DNA of 64,000 nucleotides from Octopus bimaculoides (taxonomy: Eukaryota). Below the pieces are notes generated by a model, which saw nothing but the letters and a program-made list of their open reading frames with translations, made no database searches and was not told the origin of the DNA. Below are positions 26,561 to 38,733 of this stretch, one piece after another. The stretch spans positions 95,908,653-95,972,652 of the forward strand of contig NC_068988.1 in the NCBI RefSeq assembly GCF_001194135.2, given 5' to 3'. The position numbers and the translations under genes were made by a program. How positions within the stretch are numbered: the stretch's first letter is position 1; every line of letters starts with the position of its first letter.

Positions 26561-27824
26561 AAAAAAAGCTTATCTATATCACAGAAAAAGAATTGCGTTT
26601 AGGATGAAAGAATCTATAAGTGCTTCACTTTAATAAGTACGTGTTGATATATATTCGTTTTATTCCGTTAACATTGTTTAAATATGTAAACTTGTGTCTA
26701 TAGATATTNNNNNNNNNNNNNNNNNNNNNNNNNNNNNNNNNNNNNNNNNNNNNNNNNNNNNNNNNNNNNNNNNNNNNNNNNNNNNNNNNNNNNNNNNNNN
26801 NNNNNNNNNNNNNNNNNNNNNNNNNNNNNNNNNNNNNNNNNNNNNNNNNNNNNNNNNNNNNNNNNNNNNNNNNNNNNNNNNNNNNNNNNNNNNNNNNNNN
26901 NNNNNNNNNNNNNNNNNNNNNNNNNNNNNNNNNNNNNNNNNNNNNNNNNNNNNNNNNNNNNNNNNNNNNNNNNNNNNNNNNNNNNNNNNNNNNNNNNNNN
27001 NNNNNNNNNNNNNNNNNNNNNNNNNNNNNNNNNNNNNNNNNNNNNNNNNNNNNNNNNNNNNNNNNNNNNNNNNNNNNNNNNNNNNNNNNNNNNNNNNNNN
27101 NNNNNNNNNNNNNNNNNNNNNNNNNNNNNNNNNNNNNNNNNNNNNNNNNNNNNNNNNNNNNNNNNNNNNNNNNNNNNNNNNNNNNNNNNNNNNNNNNNNN
27201 NNNNNNNNNNNNNNNNNNNNNNNNNNNNNNNNNNNNNNNNNNNNNNNNNNNNNNNNNNNNNNNNNNNNNNNNNNNNNNNNNNNNNNNNNNNNNNNNNNNN
27301 NNNNNNNNNNNNNNNNNNNNNNNNNNNNNNNNNNNNNNNNNNNNNNNNNNNNNNNNNNNNNNNNNNNNNNNNNNNNNNNNNNNNNNNNNNNNNNNNNNNN
27401 NNNNNNNNNNNNNNNNNNNNNNNNNNNNNNNNNNNNNNNNNNNNNNNNNNNNNNNNNNNNNNNNNNNNNNNNNNNNNNNNNNNNNNNNNNNNNNNNNNNN
27501 NNNNNNNNNNNNNNNNNNNNNNNNTATATACAGGTTGTCCCAAAAATACGCACACAGAATAATTATATAAAGTCAATGTTTATTAAAATATATCTCCGTT
27601 TCAAAATTTAAAAGAATCTACAGACAGAATTTTATTTTCTTGATAGGAACACCTGTTTTCAAGCTGATGAACTTTCTGGTCCAGGTTCTGCTGATAATGC
27701 AAAGCAATGGAATTGCAAACATCAAGAAACATTTCGTTTGGCATTTATGCACATTTTCGATTAGTGGCTGCCCTTAATACATTCTCGCTCAATAACTGCC
27801 CTCAAATTTATCTCATCCTCTTAC

Positions 27825-27928
27825 CTCCCCTTCTCTTCACTTGCGTCGGACCTTTTGAATGTGGAGAAAGAATTGTTATACCACTTAACGTACACAGTAT
27901 AAAGAGAAGAGCTACTAATAGTTTCTTG
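27825..27928 (-). CDS. Candidate orphan exon (hydrophobic segment KKLLVALLFILCTLSGITILS), unverified
   Basis: Acceptor gtcttctcag and strong donor GAG|gtaaga. One open frame encodes a signal- or TM-like stretch; no homology recognised. Confidence 0.2.
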
Positions 27929-28034
27929 CTGAGAAGACACGTTGCTCGGTAGGTGTGCCTTGTGTCTCTTCCGGCTATGTACAATAAATGATTTCATCTT
28001 TCACTAGATGGAGTACTGTATTTCTTGATCTTAT

Positions 28035-28051
28035 CTTAACGTATCAGTAGG

Positions 28052-28145
<94 letters not shown>

Positions 28146-28158
28146 ACACACACACACA
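28035..28158. repeat. Long (CA)n microsatellite
   Basis: About 60 CA units. Confidence 0.95.
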
Positions 28159-28863
28159 CTCAACATTATACAATTCTTGCCGGTAAGAATAAAGTTCCTA
28201 AAATATCGAAATTCGAAGAATTGTTTTCGTCCAATGGTAGAACTTCTGTAATGTCTACAGTTGTGAGTTCAAGTCCCACAGGCTTCGACATCTTCTATCC
28301 AAAAGGGGGCGGTTTCAACCTAGTATTTGTTTTTTTATGATGTACGAATGTACACACTTTTAGACAGCTGTACAAGTTCTAACGCAAGGAAATTCACTGC
28401 TATAAGAATTTTTTTTTGAAATAATGAACCGAGCAAAAGAAATTCCGCGCATTAATATTCAATTTAATGAAACTCGTGTATAGGAGTATTTTATTAGAAA
28501 TATATTTCAGACAGAATTATCAATGTTATGAGAAAATATCGATGTGGAATAAACTGCCGAAAAGCAAAATATATTCGCCATAACAAATTCACTCAATATC
28601 CAATTATATACATATTCTGCAAATAATGAGGAATCGAAAAGAAAACCGTTTTAGCCAACAATAAAAATGTTTATTCTTCACATTTTCCTTCCACTTAACT
28701 TTCTTTAGATTCCATCGACGCTGAAATCTTCTCTTTTTCCGTTCGCTAGTTTCATTCCGAATTTCGGATCGTCATTAAGTTGCGAAGATTGTGCAATTTG
28801 TATAATCGAGTTCTCTATGTATGCGTGTGTATATGTATGCATTATATATATGTATTATATATA

Positions 28864-28912
<49 letters not shown>

Positions 28913-30023
28913 NNNNNNNNNNNNNNNNNNNNNNNNNNNNNNNNNNNNNNNNNNNNNNNNNNNNNNNNNNNNNNNNNNNNNNNNNNNNNNNNNNNNNNNN
29001 NNNNNNNNNNNNNNNNNNNNNNNNNNNNNNNNNNNNNNNNNNNNNNNNNNNNNNNNNNNNNNNNNNNNNNNNNNNNNNNNNNNNNNNNNNNNNNNNNNNN
29101 NNNNNNNNNNNNNNNNNNNNNNNNNNNNNNNNNNNNNNNNNNNNNNNNNNNNNNNNNNNNNNNNNNNNNNNNNNNNNNNNNNNNNNNNNNNNNNNNNNNN
29201 NNNNNNNNNNNNNNNNNNNNNNNNNNNNNNNNNNNNNNNNNNNNNNNNAAGTATATATACATATATAGAGAGACAGACAGACAGATAGATGAATAAACAG
29301 ATAATGTTCAAAATATTCCACAAAGTTTGGAACATGGAAAAGTAACATAAAGAAGAAAATGTGGCTGTAGCGATGGTCTTGAAATCGATAATTGTGTCGT
29401 TCGAATGGCATCAACGGTGTCAGTAAACAAATGTGTTGAGTGAAATTTGTGGCCTTTATATTTCCTTAATAATTAAATTTCCCGTGAAACGATTGTATTT
29501 GTGTGAGAGAGAGAGAGAGAGAGAATTAATTCTCTAATTAACTGGTGTTAATTAATTGTTAGTATTTCTTTCATAATTCAAATTAAACAACTTTTTCTTT
29601 TTTTTAGATATATATTTTCATTTTTTCCTCCCAAAACCTGTCTTGTGTTTGGGGTTAAATGTGACGGGGGAGGTGTGTGGGTGCGTGCATATGTGTGTAT
29701 GCGGTGTGATATCCCGGTTCCATCCCACTGCGTGGCATGATGGCAAGGTCAGTAAAAGAGTGTAGAGGGAAACTGTGCGGAAGCCTCTCAATGAACTCTA
29801 CCTGTAGCTCAAAGATCCAACGCTATGATGTGATGTTAATTTAGCCTGGCTTTCACAATTAAACACACCCGCATGTGTGTGTCTGTGTGCAACATTACCC
29901 GGTTGTTCATTAATATAATGGGGCTCTACATGGTTTGATTGAACAGCTGAAACAGCCAGCTTCGGATATAACTGATATCCATTAAACATATATGTGTGTG
30001 TGTGTACATATATACATATATAT

Positions 30024-30590
30024 CTGAGAACTTTCCGGTCTAGAGATGCCTACACCATCATCCTTCTCTACTCAACTTTTGCCTGACCCCACCTTGAATA
30101 CTTTTTCCCACTGTGCCCCCCCCCCTACGAAGAAACTCATTATGAAAGTAGAAGCACTCCAGAGGTCAACAAAAAGAAAGATAGCCGGCATGAGAGGCAT
30201 TGATTTTGGAGGTCGACTAAAAAACTCAATCTCTATTCTCTCCAACGCCGCCGAGAGCGCTACATCATTTGTGTTATGTGGAAAATATTACACCAATATT
30301 GCACAAATGATGTTGGCATCAATTTTAAAATCCCTCCAAGACTTGGCCCTCGTGCTATCCGTCCACTACAAAAGTCGAACTCAGGACACATAACAACATT
30401 ACGACACAATTACTTTACCTCAACCGGTCCAGCTCTCTTTAATACCATACCAAAATACGTCAAAACGGAAACGGATCCCATAAAATTCAAATGGACAAAT
30501 TTCTTCACAAAATCCCGGACCAACCTCACACACACGGATATGTTGACAACAATAATAACTCTTTGCTAGAGTGGGCCATGTTGTCCCATA
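30024..30590 (+). mobile_element. CR1/L2-group LINE, 3' end of ORF2 (5'-truncated, frameshifted)
   Basis: LRTFRSRD...PHLEY (30087-30101)...KVEALQR...LKKLNLYSLQRRRERYII..GPALFN.IPK...DKFLHKIPDQP...NNSLLEW. Confidence 0.9.
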
Positions 30591-30591
30591 T

Positions 30592-31695
30592 GTGACTAAA
30601 AGGGTCTCTGGAAATTGCCCATAGGTCCCGGCCCGAAAGTTGTCCTGAAAAGGCGGGCCTGGTATTCCTCGTCGGCACCCAGGGTCTCCCGAAGAACGTC
30701 GTCGCACCTCCCTTCCACTAATCCTCTATAGAATTCCTTCGTGGAGTTGAAGTTCCACAAGTTTGATCCCGGACGGCGGAGTCGCTTGAGAGCATGGCGA
30801 CACTTGCGGTGCTATTCGCCCAACCTTGGTCTGTTTGATCCACGATTGCAGTTCAGTCAAAGAGACGAGCTGCGAGAAAGCACATCTCACAAACGGCGAC
30901 AACACATGTTCACCATCGTCTATGAAGCGCCAGAGATGTCGCAGTCTCAGCGCATGTCTGCGCATCATTAACCACGGTATGTCCAGCCCTCAATTTGGCG
31001 GATGCTAACAGCAAATGGATCGCTTAACCATCGGAACGCTTCCCTTCTACAAAAAAGCGGAAGAGTATGCGTTCCAGTTTTATGATGGTAGGATCGGGAC
31101 AAAGCACGACGGTCAGACAGTAGTAGATGACGGATGCGATGTACACATTCGCCACCTCAGCCCGACCTTTTAGATGTAGCTTCCTCTCGGCCCATCGCTG
31201 GGTGAGAGTGGCCACCCTACTCGTTATCTCGTCCCATTTGAAGGTCTGGACCGAACCAGAATCCGAGCAACTTAACCGGACCTTTGGTCCGGTGTCCCAC
31301 GATGGAGACGCTGTTGGACGGCATGGGCTTGCTTCTCTAGGTGCCGATCCGCAAACCCACTGACTTTTCCAGGTTAATTTTCGTTCCCGTTACCGCTTCG
31401 TATTCTTTTAGTGTCTCACCGACCAGGTCGATATGCCTGCGGATCGACACTATCACGGTGACGTCGTCCGCGTATGCAGACACGCTCTTCCCGCATCCCA
31501 GTTCTTGCGTAACGCCCCTCAGCGTCACCAACTTCTGCAAGTAGTGACTCTAGAGTCAATGCATACAGAAGTGACGAGAGGGGGCACCCTTGACGGATCG
31601 AACGCATGATGTTAAATGGTTTAGATAGATGAATTACCGAGCGGATGCCGATGTATAAAGCAGCGATCCAACCGCGGAAGACTGGACCGAAAGGT
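30592..31695 (-). mobile_element. L1/Tx1-clade retrotransposon reverse transcriptase relic
   Basis: FGPVFRGWIAALY, IRQGCPLS (31574-31594), SAYADDVTVIV (YADD 31463-31474), TGTKINLEKS, W.ERKL.LKGRAEVANVYIAS and GLGMP; several frameshifts. Confidence 0.92.
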
Positions 31696-32271
31696 AGGTA
31701 GGTATGTTGGTAGGTAGGTAGGTAGATAAATGATAGATAGATAGATAAAAAGATAGTGCTTATATACAGCACATTTTATATGTATGTATAATACACACAC
31801 ATAGATATACATAAACACATGTATTTTAATGTATATATATATACACACACAACATACAAAAATACTCTAGAAAAAGCTACAATTTGAAGGATTATTTCTC
31901 ACCTTTATTCACAGCCAACTAAACTCATTTCTCATTTTTACGACGAATGGCCCCTGGACGAAATTGACTGTTCGCAACACGCAAAATTATCTTATTTCAC
32001 AAATTACACATATCATGGTCGTACACACACACACACACACACACAAACACACGTACATATCACACGAATCCTTTTAAGCAAAAGAATTATCGGAGATTTG
32101 CGAGACGCCGTTTTCTCTTCTTATAAAGCATTATCAAAAGATGGTCGGTATTTTCTTGCAAACATGACTGTTTTAATATTCGATTCACCAATTGCTAACA
32201 AAATGGCAAAATTTGGTGCTTCTTTTATTATAGAGGTTTAGTAATAGAAGCTTAGAAATCAATAAATAAAG

Positions 32272-32324
<53 letters not shown>

Positions 32325-32334
32325 NNNNNNNNNN

Positions 32335-32370
<36 letters not shown>

Positions 32371-32442
32371 GACGGGCTTCTTTCAGTTTCCGTCTACCAA
32401 ATCCACTCACAATATCGAAGATGTTTTTATCTATGACGAAGA

Positions 32443-32768
32443 TGAAGGCACGTAGCTTAGTAGTTAGGGTGTCCGGCTCACGGTTGTAACGCCATGCGTT
32501 CGATTCCTGCACTATCTTTCGCAAGACACTTTATTTCACGTTGCTCCACTTCACTCAGCTGGCAAAAATGTGATGTACCTGTAATTCAAAGGGGTTAGCC
32601 CTATTACATTATGTCACACTGAATCTCGCTGAGAACTACGTTAGAGGGACGTGTGTCTGTGGAGTGCTCAGCCACTTGCACCTTAATTTCACGAGCAGGC
32701 TGTTCTGTCGATCTGATCAACCGGAACACTCGTCGTCGTAACCGACGGAGTACCAGTTTTTGTTTTTT
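32443..32768 (+). mobile_element. Full-length family-A tRNA-derived CORE-like SINE with 11-bp target-site duplication
   Basis: A-box gtagcttagtag, B-box gttcgattcc, CORE-like gcaagacactttatttcacgttgctcca, T-rich tail. The TSD tatgacgaaga lies at 32432-32442 and 32769-32779. Confidence 0.92.
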
Positions 32769-35227
32769 TATGACGAAGAATAAAACAATGATCCCTGAAT
32801 TATTCTGCAAACAGAAATCGATTTAGCTTCAAGACAAAAGCGTTCTTCAACAACTTTCAGCAGAGTCGACTCCACCAAAATACCGAGTATTGATATTAAA
32901 TAGATTCAGCTGATAGATTAAGTCTCGCCGCTTCCCTAAATTCGGAATTAGAACGATGGGTCAGAGAAGTGCTACGTTGGTTATTAGCAGTCACGAGTTC
33001 AATTCTCAACTAGAATTATGCTGTACCACATCGAGGTATAATTCCTGTCCGTAAATAATATTAATTTCAATTCCTACCGCAGCCAAAAATTACCGGTGAT
33101 AAACAAGCGACCAACCTCGGAGGAATTATTTCTCTCTCATTCACTTAACTCTACGACGAGATAAAACTCCGATAAGCATCGACAACATCTTTATCCTTTG
33201 GAGATTCGAGAAACGATTTATTTTGACCGTAAATATGAGCCAGTGACTCTGTGTAAGAAATCCTCAATAGAATGTGAAAGTTATGTGGCGTTAATGAATC
33301 GTTTAGAAACGGTTAGCTATGAAGTGAAATCTCATCATTGAACCATTATTTCACCAACTCAAGCAGAGAGAGTGGGAGAGAGGGAGNNNNNNNNNNNNNN
33401 NNNNNNNNNNNNNNNNNNNNNNNNNNNNNNNNNNNNNNNNNNNNNNNNNNNNNNNNNNNNNNNNNNNNNNNNNNNNNNNNNNNNNNNNNNNNNNNNNNNN
33501 NNNNNNNNNNNNNNNNNNNNNNNNNNNNNNNNNNNNNNNNNNNNNNNNNNNNNNNNNNNNNNNNNNNNNNNNNNNNNNNNNNNNNNNNNNNNNNNNNNNN
33601 NNNNNNNNNNNNNNNNNNNNNNNNNNNNNNNNNNNNNNNNNNNNNNNNNNNNNNNNNNNNNNNNNNNNNNNNNNNNNNNNNNNNNNNNNNNNNNNNNNNN
33701 NNNNNNNNNNNNNNNNNNNNNNNNNNNNNNNNNNNNNNNNNNNNNNNNNNNNNNNNNNNNNNNNNNNNNNNNNNNNNNNNNNNNNNNNNNNNNNNNNNNN
33801 NNNNNNNNNNNNNNNNNNNNNNNNNNNNNNNNNNNNNNNNNNNNNNNNNNNNNNNNNNNNNNNNNNNNNNNNNNNNNNNNNNNNNNNNNNNNNNNNNNNN
33901 NNNNNNNNNNNNNNNNNNNNNNNNNNNNNNNNNNNNNNNNNNNNNNNNNNNNNNNNNNNNNNNNNNNNNNNNNNNNNNNNNNNNNNNNNNNNNNNNNNNN
34001 NNNNNNNNNNNNNNNNNNNNNNNNNNNNNNNNNNNNNNNNNNNNNNNNNNNNNNNNNNNNNNNNNNNNNNNNNNNNNNNNNNNNNNNNNNNNNNNNNNNN
34101 NNNNNNNNNNNNNNNNNNNNNNNNNNNNNNNNNNNNNNNNNNNNNNNNNNNNNNNNNNNNNNNNNNNNNNNNNNNNNNNNNNNNNNNNNNNNNNNNNNNN
34201 NNNNNNNNNNNNNNNNNNNNNNNNNNNNNNNNNNNNNNNNNTATATATATATATATTCATATAAATAAATTTTCAATATTGCTTGAAAATGAATATGGTG
34301 TATGTGCAGAGATGCGGTCACGTGTGTAAACAAAGCGAAGCTTCTTTTCTTTCGGATGTGAAGTATTGATTGTTATTACCGCCATTATGATGTAATTCTA
34401 ATCATTTTCCTTCCAGTCCCTCCACACAGGCTTTATTTCAACTTTCTACTCTGCCATGAAATCTGCGGAGTTATTCTTCTTTAGCTAAACTTATGTCGAT
34501 CTTTCCGCTGTCTAACTTTTAATGGAGACCCGAGTAGAAGTCTGCCTCTGGATTCAATAAATTGCTGTCTTCATTGTTGTTATTGCTGTTCGGCTCCAGT
34601 TTGGCCTTGACCCAGGCGTTCCAGGCGAAACTAAGTTGTGTTTTATTCAGTCATGTTGTATCTATGTACCGCAGGGACTTCTAACCGGGTTGCCAGTCTC
34701 CACTGGTGACAGGTACGAGATGACATGTTAAGGGGTGAAACGAAGAAGGAAAATATATGCTTCATTAACGTCGCTTTTCACGATGAAATTTGTAACTCTG
34801 AAAAACTAACTTTCTTTCTTCTAACTCGGGACGGTCATTATGACTCAAATAAACACACGTGCTGGTTCTATTTCACTTGCTTTATTGTTATTTGTCAATT
34901 CGTTGATGTTGATCATTTAATCAGTTAACTAATCGATTGTTTGATTAATCGTTCTGTCAATCAATCAATCACTTAGGTTTGTCCAAAGTCCTTTGGTCGC
35001 CGTTCGCGACCACATCAATGACATAGCAACTCTATTCCAGGACTCTTTCAGGTCAACTATTAAAGGACACCATGTTCCCTAGTATTGTAAATGTGGATCC
35101 TTTACCATTCACAACAAAGGATTCGGTCATAACTAACTCAGCTTTCCTTCCCCTACGTATGAAGTTGCGGATTTTACTACGTTTCACCGCAATGTGTGGT
35201 GGATGAAAATTTTTTTTTTTTTTTTTT

Positions 35228-35500
35228 TTAGTTGCCAAATCTTTTCAGCAAAGTTGACTGGACCAACCTAGGATTTTTGAAAGATTGCTCAAGCACATAA
35301 AGCGCTTCTTCAAAATATTTGCCGTAAGTAATGTATTCCTTACTGTACGCACGTATAACTATGCCGCATCTGTATACTATGTTTTTGGCAAGACAATTGT
35401 CGTTTACTGGGCAATCATTGATAATTTTATAATTACATGTTCGGGGCAAATTACTAAGATTATTTGAAATACGGTCATAGTTGAAGTTTGGATGACCATC
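35228..35500 (-). mobile_element. Penelope-like GIY-YIG endonuclease relic
   Basis: TCN..DCPVNDNCLAKNIVYRC...KEYI...QSFKNPRL.QST motif pattern. Confidence 0.75.
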
Positions 35501-35979
35501 GCCTGCAGAGGTATTCGTGCTTGAAACCAATGTTTAAATGATCTGTAACTGATCACTAGGTGTGCTATCATTACTTAGGTTCGACTGTTCATGTTGTATA
35601 GTTAATAAGCATACTTATTAAATATTTGATAGTATTTATTGTTAGGCAGGAAGTTATTTTTAGGTAGAGAGAAGAATATTTTGGTATCCATGTTTTATCT
35701 GGAGATTTTTTTGTGGGGGGGTTATATCACGTGGCATTCCTATTTCTATTTTCCCAATTATTATGAGTCACCCTAGTTTCAGTGTTTATATTTTGTGGAT
35801 TCGGTTTGGCACACTAAGTTTCCCTTTCTGAAATCTATGTATAGTTGCTATTGTGTTTGTTATAATCGTATGGGTACGACTACATAGACCTCTTATTTCT
35901 ACCGTGAATCTTGTTCTTCTTGAGTTTCACATTATAATTTCTTTTACAACTACTATAGTTGTTATTGTTTATTCTACAA

Positions 35980-36308
35980 TTATTACTTCTGTCTTAGGGA
36001 AGGCGCAGCTATTGTTTTCAGTCGCATTTGTTTGGGGTTTTTTCCGTGGACAAGATATCTCAAGAACCGCTGGATGGATTCGGATGAAACTTTCAGGGAT
36101 GCTTGGCCTCGTGACTGGCACGAACTGATTAGATTTAGGGATCGATTCGGTACCGAACAAGGATTCTGGATAATTTTTCTGGCTTCTCTTTTTTTTTTTT
36201 TACTCTCGTTTGTGAGAGCAGTCGAGTTTATTTCAGATATTCTCATTTTAAAAATCATCTTCGGCTAACCGTTGAGAGGACGTTGGTGTTGCCTTGGCGG
36301 AGGGTTGC
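35980..36308 (+). mobile_element. Helentron-type non-autonomous element (HINE/DINE-1-like), near complete
   Basis: 5' ttattac... start, body shared with the 16733 copy, and 3' subterminal motif gccttggcggagg complementary to the canonical cctccgccaagg 5' motif. Confidence 0.75.
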
Positions 36309-36493
36309 TGAAGACAGTTGAGAACCTGGTTCGAAACTCGAGAGAGATTGGCAACTGTTGAGATATATGCATCAAGTCTACCCAACCTGTTGAGTCCTGG
36401 ATCAGAACATGCTTGAATTGAGTAAAATATATATTTTAAAAGAATTTACCATTCTTACAGAGCAATATACATACATATGCATACATATATATG

Positions 36494-36559
<66 letters not shown>

Positions 36560-36670
36560 CATGCGTATATACATATATATTTATATATATGTATGTATGT
36601 ATATATATNNNNNNNNNNNNNNNNNNNNNNNNNNNNNNNNNNNNNNNNNNNNNNNNNNNNNNNNNNNNNN

Positions 36671-36703
<33 letters not shown>

Positions 36704-37599
36704 TATACATACACATATGCATGTGTACCTGCCTACATATATATATATGTCCTCGTCTGTTGTTTTTTTCGTACATTCTCCCATATATATATATATATAT
36801 ACATCCACTAATATGCATTCACACATACACACACACACATACACGCACACAAGTATTTGTATATTATATACACACGTGTGTGTGTGATTTATACACAGTT
36901 CGTCATTGACTAATAGTCTTCTTGGTCATTTAAGCTTTATCAAATATATCGTGTATATGTGTGTGTATATGTGTGTGTATGTGTGCGCGTGTGTATGGGC
37001 CTATATGTGTTTGTGTGTCTCTGTTGACTGTGTGTATGCGTGTACGATTCAGCTGCATAATCTATTTTACTTACAAATGTCGCGATAGAAATAGAAAATA
37101 AACCAAAACACAGATCGTTATTTTATTTCCAAATTTATTTTCGAAACTCTTTCCTCGCTTCTCACACTATGGCATAAACATAATTCTATTATCGTGAAAG
37201 GTCATCGAATCCAAGAAACTATTTCTACCTATAACCTATTGACTTTTTTTTTTAATAATATCTAAACTGAATCACTTTAGACGTTTTCGCTTTTCTTATT
37301 CATTTCTCGATTCCATATTTTTTACTTACATTTCATGTTTTCTCAAGTTTATAACTTAAAAAGAAACACCCAAACAAACCATTCTCTTTCACCAGGAATC
37401 ACTTCTCATTACGACATGATTTTAGATGCTTATATATGTTTGTGTGTGCCTATGAATGTGTTTGTATGTATATATGTGTGTGTGCGTGTGTGTGTGCATA
37501 CTGATATATATATGTGTATGTGATTCTTTATGTGTATTTTGCATGCGTGTGTGTATTTCTTGAGTTCAAAAACCGACATGATCACGTTGTCTAAACGAA

Positions 37600-38135
37600 T
37601 TCCCGTTCATGAGGCCAGCATCTGAAAAGCAGAACCTGTTTCTCCTGAGTAAACATTTTATACAGGATCATAGCTAGAGGAAAATATTTAATAAACATAA
37701 CAAAAGGGTTTCGTTCAGCTGTGCGCCTAGAGAGAACCCCTAAAGGTAGGATGCTGATATAGAGCTTATAATGACTCTCAATGCAATACAGAAGCCGTGA
37801 TCTACGAAGCAAAGGTAATATCGCCCAAAACAACGGAGTGAATTAATATATCTTGGGAACGGAGAATGCCTTTAAAACAAGGCTGAAAAATCACGGATCT
37901 TCTTTTAGAATAAAAAAGAGGTATTATGTTATAACTTTCGTCAGCTATATATGACGATGGCGATCAAAACAGGAAGCAAAACCGTACAAAATCAACTGGA
38001 GGCAACTGTGATGGTCTGTACATTTGAAGAGAAATAGAGGCTTGATGGAGAGGGAAATCATCCTTAAAAAGTCATATGATCCAAGTGCTTTCCTGAACTC
38101 AAAAAACGAAATCTCGTTCTGCTCTCCAGCCCGGT
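37600..38135 (+). mobile_element. Penelope-like GIY-YIG relic (decayed)
   Basis: CNTEAVIYEAKVI...GTENAFKTRLKNHGSSFRIK and REIILKKSYDPSAFLNSKNEI-like motifs. Confidence 0.6.
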
Positions 38136-38385
38136 CCTTTTTCTGGTGAGATATCCATCTGTACCCGTCAGTATCCAGTTCATATTTTCTCCACAGCTCT
38201 AACTATACCTTCATTCAAGACAGGCAAAGAAAATCGATCTGTTGCATCAAAATAAGTTTCATAAAGTAAAGTGAAACGAAATAGGATGTGATTAATGACA
38301 CTTCGCTTCTTCTTATTTTTTTTTTCTTTGAGAATGTTTGCAGCATAAAAGAAGTTTTTAAAAAGCGAGACCGCAAATCGAAACC

Positions 38386-38733
38386 TCACTGCGAACCTAG
38401 TTTAGTGACAAAATTTTCAGCGTCAAATCCATTAGAAGCGGTTGTCTTGGAGGAAGAGATACTGTCAGTGATTCTATCCATTCCATACATCCTTCTGACT
38501 GTGCAACTGATTCCGAGTCTAGGGCAAAGAGAGAAATCGATTGAATCAATTTTATCGATCCTGGAAAAGTAAAATGCAATGTTGAACTGAAAACGCGATG
38601 ACCCGAGACAAATATCGCATTTTGCCGACGATCTAACGACTCTGCCAACCGATTTCCCTTTCCGGTTTGTTACCTCTCTTGCTTCTACATCACTTGACAC
38701 CTCAATGGCTATTAGCCTGTTTGGACTCAAAAC
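38386..38733 (-). CDS. Candidate terminal exon of an unknown gene (116 codons)
   Basis: Acceptor cattttagtcttcag| then an open frame VLSPNRLIAIEV...NFVTKLGSQ*. A second acceptor ttttacttttccag| lies at 38560. The segment is more GC-rich than its flanks; no homology recognised. Confidence 0.3.
   Translation of the reverse strand, partial: VLSPNRLIAIEVSSDVEAREVTNRKGKSVGRVVRSSAKCDICLGSSRFQFNIAFYFSRIDKIDSIDFSLCPRLGISCTVRRMYGMDRITDSISSSKTTASNGFDAENFVTKLGSQ

Noticed and set aside
28222-28285. tRNA-like sequence (tccaatggtag A-box, gagttcaagtc B-box)
   Set aside because: No convincing acceptor or anticodon stems; best explained as a decayed SINE head.
35500-35530. ctgcagaggtattcgtgcttgaaac, a hammerhead-like string
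   Set aside because: The core is CUGCAGA rather than CUGANGA and it lies antisense to the neighbouring GIY-YIG relic.
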